Source: Macrostomum hystrix (lineage: Eukaryota; Animalia; Platyhelminthes). Taken from it: 64,000 nucleotides of DNA. The stretch spans positions 34,968,001 to 35,032,000 of the forward strand of contig CATNEN010000038.1 in assembly GCA_950097015.1 (NCBI GenBank), read 5' to 3'. A program made the position numbers and the translations under genes. Below, piece after piece: positions 11,701-20,107 of this stretch. Numbering within the stretch: position 1 is the stretch's first letter; each line of letters starts with the position of its first letter. The notes beneath the pieces were generated by a model. It did not search any database. It was not told the origin of the DNA and was given only the letters and a program-made list of their open reading frames with translations.

Positions 11701-13526
11701 GGTCGGCTTAAGTGGATGCTGCCACCGGCCTGGCTTCTTCCTGTGTTGATTGTGGCGACGGTATCTGGGATCAATTTTCAGTCGTACGGCTTCGGCCCGC
11801 AGTGCTGGCTCGGCGATATCTTCATTTGGTCGTTCCTGGGACCGCTGATCGGCTGCGGCCTCCTAGCAATGATTGTCTCCCTTGTAGTTGTGTGCAATCT
11901 TGACCAGCAGGCTATTAAACGACGCGACATTCAGATGGAGCTCAGTCACCAGACTCGGGAGCTGGCGACACTGGCGCCGCTACTGACTCTCGCCTGGTTG
12001 TTCTCTGTGCCACAGACTCTGGTGTACACCATTCCAGTGCAGTACATTTTTATCATACTCAACTCTAGCCAGGGCATTTTCGTACTACTGAGCCTAGGAT
12101 TGATGAACCCAAACTTTCGCGATGCCGCTGTGGCTATCATCTGCTGCGGTTCCAAGCCTGTTAGGCATACAAGGAGTGATCTGAACTCGTCTAATGTCAG
12201 TGTGACCGGCATTCAGGACATTGTGAGTTAATAATAATAATTATTATTATTATTATAATTAGTTGCAGGACGGCTGTGGGCAATAGCACATCATTTGGTG
12301 ACAATAGACCCGCTGCCAGCGAGGAGGCAATTCTGCCCATTTCGCTGACTCCTGAGCACACACACACAGATACTGTACGCAGGCGCACACTCACACAGGT
12401 GTGTAAATCTGCCCTGACTTTCTCATCGTCAGGCAGTGTATACTCTCACTGTACCTTGGAGGTTGGCCCTCAAGGGCGTAAATTGCAAGACAAGCCCCCT
12501 AGCCTTCACTCCGCGGCTGCGCCCTAAAAGAACGTGGCCTCGCCGCGAAATCGAGCTTAGGGACCTTTTTGCGAGAGGCAAACGCGTTAAACCGCTCTGC
12601 CACTCACTTCCCTGATATCAGGAGTCTCTATCTCTATCTATTTGCAGGGGGGCCCGGGGCACTTGTCGCACAAGCGACGGAGCGGCACGCCCCCAGACCG
12701 GCGAACTAGGCGCTTTTGCGCCCATCGCGCCGCCTCCCCTGAGCAGGCACCACACACAGCAGCACAGACCAGCAGGGGAGGGCAGGAGGCACCCAGAATA
12801 GGCAGCAGTGCCCCCCACCCCAGCCCCACACGCACATAGCAGACCAAGCCGGAAGGCTGATAAGAAATCAGTCCTCAGGGGGGGGCGGGTGATGAGTGTA
12901 CACTTATCCAATCGCGCTGACGGAAGTCCAGAAAGTGCGCGGCGGTGTACACCCGCCCTCCAGCCACCCCCCGCAAGGTCTCACGCCCCAGCGCCAACGC
13001 ACACAACTCACACAACGCAGAACAGTCACACAGAAGGTAGGAGCGAAGCTATTATTTCAAGCTTTGATTGCACGAAATATGGTGCACCTCCGCCGGTCGC
13101 TACTGTCCAAACCCCCCAACAAGTCCCGAAATTAATCGTGACTTAAAGGGTGAATCGAACTAGCGTCCTTTGGAGTGCGAGGCAGCGACGTTAGCCGCTG
13201 ATCCACTCGACCCCTGATATCAGGAGTCAGCTCGCTTCATTCATTTTTCGTTTTTACCCGAACGGCTAATTATTTTATTCTGTTGATTGATGTTTTCTCA
13301 ACAGAAGGAAATCGACGTGCATCGTGAGTTCGACTCTGGTGAGCAGTGGACAGCCGGTGGCGGTCCATCCTCTTGTGAAGCTCCGGTGTACCATTCGAAG
13401 CGCCCGGACCACAGCGAACCAGGTCCATCGTCGCAGCAGAGCCCCGACGTCGGCAGCTTTGGCGGCCGGCTGAAACTGCGGGACTCCCAGAAGTCGCAGT
13501 CTAAGAAAGCTTTGGTGGATGACTGA
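2790..13526 (+). CDS. Adhesion GPCR (ADGRD/GPR133-like) with Thr/Ser-rich stalk, ~6 LamG/pentraxin-like domains, GAIN/GPS and 7TM; multi-exon, 5' end not resolved
   Basis: Phase-compatible exons with GT-AG boundaries: 2790-2930 (TSTSSTTTEDTT...), 3160-3534, 3635-3804, 6441-6666, 6749-12222 (5474 nt) and 13305-13526; about 2200 aa. GPS motif CVFWD...WSTEGC...CSCNHL|TSFAVLM (cleavage site near 11335-11343) is followed by seven hydrophobic segments with secretin/adhesion-type motifs (FCKAVSVMMHLFF, YGFGPQCWL, WSFLGP, YIFIILNSSQGIF). Further upstream exons (2522-2594, 2723-2736) are frame-compatible but less certain. Confidence 0.9.
3901..4752 (-). mobile_element. tRNA-derived SINE, family B, interrupted by a ~470-bp insertion
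   Basis: Homologous to 12229-12612 and 14093-14461 (TTGCAGGAGGG...ACACTAGACCCGC...GGAGGTTGGCCC | AAATTGC...GACAAGCCCC...GCGAGAGGCAAACGCG); (AAT)n tail. Confidence 0.8.
4155..4625. mobile_element. Non-autonomous Crypton-like element
   Basis: Insertion splitting a SINE B copy. 24-bp inverted repeat 4163-4186 / 4467-4490 (GTATTACCCCTATGGATTTATTTA / TAAATGAATCAATAGGGGTAATAC), GGCCGAGGCGAAGCCGAGGCC motif, and repeated TCTATGG and TGGCC[C/G]GG motifs shared with the flanks of the recombinase gene at 52.3-53.8 kb. Confidence 0.55.
6107..6385 (+). mobile_element. SINE family B, partial copy
   Basis: CCCTGAGCTCGA...CACTGCCTGACGATGAGAAAGTCAGGGC...GCAGAATTGCCTCCTCG...CCCTCCTGCA shared with 14093-14461. 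Confidence 0.75.
12229..12612 (-). mobile_element. SINE family B, full-length copy abutting the splice donor at 12223
   Basis: Reverse-complement match to 14093-14461, with AAT-rich tail at 12229-12260. Confidence 0.82.
12627..13211 (-). mobile_element. tRNA-derived SINE, family A, copy 2 (in last intron of the adhesion GPCR)
   Basis: Near-identical to 642-1235; flanked by direct repeat CCCTGATATCAGGAGTC at 12610-12626 and 13212-13228. Confidence 0.88.
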
Positions 13527-14092
13527 AGCGACTGGAACCACAAGATGACCAAAACTGACTATATACGCTTGATGCGAATATTTTCTGTTGTATTTCTTCT
13601 GCACCAAACTGGGTGACTTATGCACCAACTCAGTTAGTTAGCATTAGATTTACTTACCTATCTTATATGTTTATATATCTATGATTATTTTGGATTCCGT
13701 TTAAAAAGCGTTGAATAAACATTGTAAGCTACTTTCTAGAGGTAATCTTTTAATCGTGGTTTAAATTGCGAATACGAGCATAAAATGGAGCTTTACGCTA
13801 AGACTTTTTACTTATTAAAGTACTTCTTGCAAGAGGCAAAATTTATGTCGTTTTGTTAATATTCGCTTTCTACACAAATTAAATTCATTACGAGTACTGT
13901 CAACTACTCAAAAATCCTAATGGATCTACTCAAATGCCATTCGAACTGCAAATTACAATCCGACTGAGCACTTAAACTGAAGTTCGAAACCATCTTCGAT
14001 TACCAACGACAAAATTAGATTTGTAACTTTGTTCAACGAGCTCGAAACTACAGAGGGTGCAGCTGACAATGCATGGACCATGCCATCTCCCT

Positions 14093-14461
14093 TGGGGGTG
14101 AGTAGCTGAGCGGTTTAACGCGTTTGCCTCTCGTACCAAGTTCCCTGAGCTCGATTCCGCAGCGAGGCCCCGTTCGTTTAGGGCGCAGCCGCGGAGAGAA
14201 GGCTTGGGGGGCTTGTCATGCAATTTACGCCCTTGAGGGCCAACCTCCAAAGTACAGTGAGAGTGTACACTGCCTGACGATGAGAAAGTCAGGGCAGATG
14301 TACACACCTGTGTGAGTGTGTGCCTGCGAACAGTATCTGTACGTGTATATAATGCGTGTGTGCTCAGGAGCCAGCGAAATGAGCAGAATTGCCTCCTCGC
14401 TGGCAGCGGGTCTAGTGTCACCAAATAATATGCCATACCCTGCAAATATAATTATAATATA
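14093..14461 (+). mobile_element. SINE family B, full-length copy with TSD
   Basis: Head GGGGTGAGTAGCTGAGCGG...GAGCTCGATTCC (A/B-box-like), AAT-rich tail, direct repeat ATGCCATCTC at 14080-14089 and 14462-14471. Confidence 0.85.
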
Positions 14462-14867
14462 ATGCCATCTCATACAACGACAATGTCCTGGTTAGCTAAA
14501 GCAAATGCTAGGCTAAAACACGGATTCGGCAAGGGTAAAGCAGAATGGCCTGGCTACAACAAGAAATGCACATATAGAAAAGAAAAGTTGCACATTACCT
14601 GCATTCAAACCTAAGTTAGGCTGCGACCCACCCAAAGCCTCGATGATAAATGTCTAGTTTATAGTAAATAATATTTTGGCCGCTTGTAGTTTGAATATGA
14701 TGAATATGACGGATTTAGTGGAGGAGAACGAGAAAATGAGAAAGTTAACTTAATTGAGTTAACATTAATTGTTTTATATCACTGATTTTGTCCATGAAAT
14801 CACTATTATGAAACAGAAATATTTAATTTGATATGCTCACATTAGGCCAGATGTGCAGCCGACAGCA

Positions 14868-15122
14868 CAGCCGCAGTTATTGCGCGGCGCATCTGAAAGC
14901 TGCGTACGGCTGTTCAGTCCATGGACTGGGGGATGCCACACCCAACCTCAATTACCCCAGCTGATGCTGGTACCCGTTAAACATTTGGCTTAAATGAAGC
15001 TATGCAGAGTTCAGTGTCACGCTAAAGGACAGATATTGTTTCAATTTTCTAGTGGTGTTAGGAATCGAACCCCCGACCTTTCAGTCGTCAATCCTACGCA
15101 CGAACCACAAGGCTACAACCCC
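14868..15122 (-). mobile_element. tRNA-derived SINE, family C (CORE-like); other pieces at ~17790-17900 (+), ~21520-21710 (-), ~43730-43830, ~44815-44870, ~61880-62132 (+)
   Basis: B-box GGTTCGATTCC on the minus strand; shared core GGT[A/G]CCAGCAT[C/T][A/T]GCTGGGGTA...GTC[C/T]ATGGACTGA...GCCTTC[A/G]GATG in the listed copies. Confidence 0.7.
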
Positions 15123-15285
15123 GTTATTTGACAATGTCTGGCTCTAGGCTTCGCTCAGGGTGCAGCCCTCGTACCTCTTGATGCCAGCTTGAAAGGCCGA
15201 GCGAAGATGCCCCAACGTACAATGCAGTAGAGTACAGGACGTGACGTTGTACAGTACAGGAAAGTCAGTACTTAAATTTGTAAAG

Positions 15286-16090
15286 CAGGGGTCGGCAAAC
15301 TTATTAGCTAGCGGCCAAAAAGAGTACCTAAAAGACGACAGCGGGCCGCAGTGACTGTAGAAAGATAAGGGAAATATATCAGAGATAGGGGAGAGATGAG
15401 ACAGAAAAGATATGACGGGGAGATGAGACAGAGGAGAGTTGAGACACGGGAGAGATGAGACACTGGAGAGATGAGACACGGGAGAGATGAGACACGGGAG
15501 AGTTGAGACACGGGAGAGATGAGACACGGGAGAGATGAGACACGGGAGAGATGAGACACGGGAGAGATGAGACACGGGAGAGATGAGACACGGGAGAGAT
15601 GAGACACGGGAGACATGAGACATGGGAGAGATGAGACACTGGAGAGATGAGACACGGGAGAGATGAGACACGGGAGAGATGAGACACGGGAGAGATGAGA
15701 CACGGGAGAGATGAGACACGGGAGAGTTGAGACACGGGAGAGATGAGACAAATGAGAGATAAGGTCTGGGAGAGACGAGACAATGACGAGATGAGATACG
15801 GGAGTGATAAGATAGGGAAGAGACGAGACAATGGAGAGATAAGACACGGGAGAGACGAGACACGGGAGAGATGAGACACGGGAGAGACGAGACACGGGAG
15901 AGATGAGACACGGGAGAGATGAGACACGGGAGAGATGAGACACGGGAGAGAAAAGACACGGGAGAGATAAGACACGGGAGAGATGAGACACGGGAAAGGT
16001 GACACACGGGAGAGATGAGACAGGAGAAAGATGAAACAGTATACTATAGGTGTCGGAAGAGGCAACGGCCCGCGGGCCGGCGTTTGATCG
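15286..16090. mobile_element. Degenerate hAT/Charlie-like non-autonomous element containing a minisatellite
   Basis: Starts CAGGGGTCGGCAAAC; GGCCCGCGGGCCG subterminal palindrome at ~16067-16080; right TIR decayed. Confidence 0.45.
15380..16025. repeat. 17-bp purine-rich minisatellite (GAGAGATGAGACACGGG)n
   Basis: Directly visible tandem array; it produces the three spurious repetitive minus-strand ORFs. Confidence 0.97.
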
Positions 16091-16404
16091 GATTTCCGGT
16101 GCAATATCAGTGAGGGGGGCGAAAGTCAGAAACTTCTGCACCATCTGCAGCACATAGCCACATGTTGGCTGCGTAAATGATCTTATCTGTCAACTGATAA
16201 GGGGCCAATGGAAACACGGCTAGGTCTAAATTTAGAATGCAACCTAGCTCAGTTGACTGGCCTTTCCGGGCCTCCCACGCCTCTCTATCCACAGGATAAA
16301 ATACCCTGATGAGCATCTGCAGCAGCTGGAATTCGAGCAAGAAGTCCGGACGCCTCTAGAAATACGCGGCCCTACAAAGAATTGACATCGCAAAGACTGA
16401 AAGC

Positions 16405-17231
16405 ATGCGACTGACACTGCTGTTCGCGTTGGCACTGCTGGCTGGAGTCAATGTTGGTCAGTAACTATTTTTTGTCATGACTGCGATCTTCATTTTTACA
16501 TTTTTACTAACAATGTGCGATTTTTTTCTAGGCCAAGGAGCCAAGCTGACCTGTTCAAAGGATGCCGATTGTCCCACGGAGACATTCTGCTGCCAGGAAA
16601 TCGACAATCGGCCTTTCTCAGACAGCGATGCTGGAGTCTGCGCGACCAACTGCGGCTACCAGAAAAACATCAGGTGAGAATCAGGTTGAACCAGATGGGA
16701 CAGAACTTGATAAAAAGTGAAGAAAATGAGGGCGTGGAGGTTTCTGGCAGCTCGCGCTTTATCAAAAAGGTGGTCCCTGAAACGTACCGGGTGTCGGGTT
16801 TCTGCCCTAGTCTCATTACCTACGGTCTACGGCGGGCGGCGGGCAACTCACACAACAGCTTACAAAGCTTCCTCAACCATTGAACCAATTGCAGACTCAA
16901 GCGCAGTATCGGAGTTGTGGCCAGGGCCTTAAGCAACATCATCAAGACCTTAGCCCAATGGTACAAGCGACGCGGCGTCGGCTCTACGACAAGCACCGGC
17001 CTGCGCATCGTCAGCCGTCGAGGTGGCTACCGGCAGGCTCAGAGAGACTTCGACCAATTCGTCAGCCGCGCCGACATCCAGTCCATCAGGCAGATTCCCG
17101 GCGGCCGTGTGGCATTTGGCAAAGATGGGTCGCGCATGATCGTCAGGCAGATGAGCTCCGATGGCAGGCCGACACTGGAGCTGCAGAACACGACTGGACG
17201 AGCCATCATCAAGTACCGCTACGACCCGTGA
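16405..17231 (+). CDS. Secreted 176-aa precursor: signal peptide, 6-Cys domain, furin site, amphipathic helix, CdiA-CT/polymorphic-toxin-like domain
   Basis: Exons 16405-16456, 16532-16673 and 16895-17231 (52+142+337=531 nt, in frame; donors GTCAGT, GTGAGA; acceptors TTTCTAG, TTGCAG). Protein: MRLTLLFALALLAGVNVGQGAKLTCSKDADCPTETFCCQEIDNRPFSDSDAGVCATNCGYQKNIRLKR|SIGVVARALSNIIKTLAQWYKRRGVGSTTSTGLRIVSRRGGYRQAQRDFDQF...DGSRMIVRQMSSDGRPTLELQNTTGRAIIKYRYDP. AATAAA at 17275-17280. The gene model is well supported; the toxin-domain assignment rests on remembered motif similarity. Confidence 0.82.
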
Positions 17232-17274
17232 ACTGCGCGAGCAGGCACCGATTTTCATGGACTTGCACGAGCGT

Positions 17275-17280
17275 AATAAA
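17275..17280 (+). terminator. Putative polyadenylation signal of the secreted toxin-like gene
   Basis: AATAAA 43 nt after the stop codon, followed by T/GT-rich sequence. Confidence 0.55.
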
Positions 17281-18637
17281 AAAATTGCTTTGTTCGTAAT
17301 TTCGTTTCGTGCACTCACTATATTCTTGTAAAATGGTAGTGATCACTTCTAATGCGTAACATTTAAGAGTAGAAAGACCAAGAGGTAATACATAGCCACA
17401 TTTTTCTTTTCGCCATAAAAATCCAGAGAATTTTGAAAATGTTGATCCATGAAGTGCACTTTTACGAAAATCGGTCATTCGGTTTGGGAGCTATCGTGAA
17501 GTAGGCAGTGGGTTTTTGAAATACCCTTGTGGTCTTTCCCCATAGGAGGAAATAGCGTGGCCTTTCTACTGTCAAAACTAGGTTAGAAAAAGAAATATCT
17601 TATCTTTTCGAGCCCATACAATTCTAAATAAACATGTACTAATCTGGCTACTGACCGAAAGTACTATAATAGCACATTTATTCCTTAATGAGTAAATGAC
17701 AGAAAATGCAGCCTACGGTCAGTTGCAAGCAGTCGTATATTGCTCTTGCCCTGTACGATCTGTTAGCGTACTTTAGCAAGACACTCGAACTCTGTATTGC
17801 TTCAGTTCACCAAGCTGTAAATACAGGTGCCAGCATTTGCTGGGGTACTTGAGGGTGTCCATGGACTGAACAGTTGTACACAGCCTTCGGATGCGCCTTT
17901 GAAAAGACAGACTTGGCCAAGCAGTTGCCGAAAAAAACTGGAGAAGGAAGAGAAGAGAGTAGTAAGCATTGGCAGCCACTCGGAATCGATAAGCGCCAGG
18001 ACTCAAAGGACTCAAATGCGTTAATCCCAATATTTTAGTTTAAATAATAATATATTCCGCAGGACTATATACAAAGACTGCGTGTCAACATGGAGCGGAA
18101 GTCTTAGATTTGGGACTAGGCCATTACTAGCTAAATAAAATAAAGGTCGCGGATAAAGAGAAAGAAAATGAATTAAAAAATTACATAAAAAGTGAGGAAA
18201 GACGGGACACGGGTGCTGTCCGCAATCAATGGTCTGGAAAATTTTCAACAAGAAACTAGTAAGAGTGAAAAGCCTACGAAGAGAGAGAAGGAAAGAGGGA
18301 GTGGAATGGGGGAGAGTGGTGAAGCTAGGAGATGGTGTACAGCTACGACACACCTCTTCTTCCCTTCATACACTTTAGGCCTCCACTCCCTCCCAAACGT
18401 CCTTCCAACTGGGGGTTTTCACTTCAGGGTCAGTCTTTAGAAACTGGTTCTTATTGGCTGGAAAAGCATTGGGACAGACATTTTTACTCTGTCTGTGTTT
18501 CTCTTGTCCTTAGCTATCCCATTTGACATTAAAAACGGCACGCTTATCTTATAGTCCTAGCTGGGAATCGTTTTTGTTGAGCAACAGTCTTTATGTACGA
18601 GCTATAACTCTTTTTAGTTCAAATCCTTCATTGAGCT

Positions 18638-20107
18638 ATGCAGGCCAGCTTGACGCTTATTGTAGCATTGTCGCTGGCAGTGATTCTGTCCCGACTGCCG
18701 ACATCAGCTAGCCAGGCATTGCCGACGCCCCAGACTCCACCGAAGACCATCTATGACGACCTGCTGAATCATCTGTTTGGCAGCTATGTTAAAAACGCTA
18801 TGCCGATCTGTCGAGCGGGCGATGTCCTCGAGGTCGGCCAAGACATGCTCCTCTACCAGCTGTTCGACCTCGACGAGCCCACCCAGATGCTCAGCGTCGA
18901 CGTCTGGGTCGAATCCACCTGGCGCGACTGTCGGCTGACTTGGAATCCGGATGACTTCAACAATGTGACAGAGTTTGCCATCAAGTCCGAGGAGATCTGG
19001 TACCCGGACCTTATCTTCTACGAGTCGCTGCACGGCAATTTCGAGGAGGGCATGTTTATCTACGGCGAGTCAACTGCCAGAGTCCGTCACGACGGCTGGA
19101 TCAAACTAGGCGCCCAGGCCCTCTTCAAGGCCTTCTGCCGCGTCAAAATCGGCCAGTTCCCCTACGACAGTCAGCGCTGCAACATCACCTTCAGCAGCTG
19201 GACAAAGGATTCGCGCACTTTTAGGCTGACTCGTAAATCTGGCGAGACTGGCGAGAAAGGCGATCACGCGTTCGCCGAGGCCAGCAATGGCGAGTGGGAA
19301 GTGACAGGATTCCCTTCCTACAGCCGAGAGACGGCTCGAAGGATTGGCGTGCTAGAGAATGAGACAGCAGTCTACACCGAGGTGGTGTTCCAGCTGCGCC
19401 TCCGCCGGAAGTACTTGTTCCACCAGACCTACATGCTGTTCCCCTGCATGCTGCTTACCTGGCTGGCGGCGTTCGCCTTCTTCCTGCCAACCGAGTGCGG
19501 CGAGAGAATCGCCTACATCACCACCATCCTGCTGTCGCTAGTGGTGTTCCTGCTACTCGTGGCCGACAATATCCCTAGATCTGGCGATGCCGTGCCCATC
19601 CTGGGTGTGTACTTCTGCCTGTCCGTCTGTCTGGTGAGTATTGCCACGCTGATGGTCATTGTGTCCTACAATGTCAGCCTGAAGCCGAACGACTTCTGCC
19701 CGCCCGAGTGGCTTCGACGCTGCTGCTTCCGTCTGGGGCCCCTGGTCGGTTTCCTGCCCGTGCATCATAACGGCCGCGTCAAGGTGCTGTCGTTTCGCAT
19801 GAATCCGCGCAATCCGACAGCCCCTGGCGGCGTTCGGCGTTCCGACGATCAGGCCGACGAGCCGCTAGACGCCGAGGCTGAGAATAACAAAACAGCAGAC
19901 GGGACAGCGGCGGAGACGTCCTCGCCTGTCAAGGACGGTGCCGCGGCCGTCGCCGGACGTCCGGGCAACGCTAATACCTGGCGCTATCTGGGCATTGTGA
20001 TGGACCGGGCCTTCTTCGCTATCTACCTGCTGGCTAACCTGATTGGCACATTGTGGATTTTAACCGCTGCAGCTGTTGCCACAAGCGTTGAGGCGGACAC
20101 AGATTAA
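18638..20107 (+). CDS. Cys-loop ligand-gated ion channel, nicotinic acetylcholine receptor-like non-alpha subunit, intronless CDS
   Basis: Signal peptide, W.D.RLTWNP, IWYPDL, Cys loop CRVKIGQFPYDSQRC, NGEWEV, LRRK-M1, M2 GERIAYITTILLSLVVFLLLV, M4 VMDRAFFAIY. No vicinal Cys pair in loop C. Confidence 0.95.
   Translation: MQASLTLIVALSLAVILSRLPTSASQALPTPQTPPKTIYDDLLNHLFGSYVKNAMPICRAGDVLEVGQDMLLYQLFDLDEPTQMLSVDVWVESTWRDCRLTWNPDDFNNVTEFAIKSEEIWYPDLIFYESLHGNFEEGMFIYGESTARVRHDGWIKLGAQALFKAFCRVKIGQFPYDSQRCNITFSSWTKDSRTFRLTRKSGETGEKGDHAFAEASNGEWEVTGFPSYSRETARRIGVLENETAVYTEVVFQLRLRRKYLFHQTYMLFPCMLLTWLAAFAFFLPTECGERIAYITTILLSLVVFLLLVADNIPRSGDAVPILGVYFCLSVCLVSIATLMVIVSYNVSLKPNDFCPPEWLRRCCFRLGPLVGFLPVHHNGRVKVLSFRMNPRNPTAPGGVRRSDDQADEPLDAEAENNKTADGTAAETSSPVKDGAAAVAGRPGNANTWRYLGIVMDRAFFAIYLLANLIGTLWILTAAAVATSVEADTD

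Noticed and set aside
15144-16153. Three long minus-strand ORFs with (SHLSRVSSLPCLISPV)n
   Set aside because: They are translations of a 17-bp minisatellite that is open in all three frames.
16880-17318. Alternative overlapping ORFs (139 aa on +, 122 aa on -)
   Set aside because: Only the 16917 frame splices in frame with the upstream signal-peptide and Cys exons and shows a recognisable motif.
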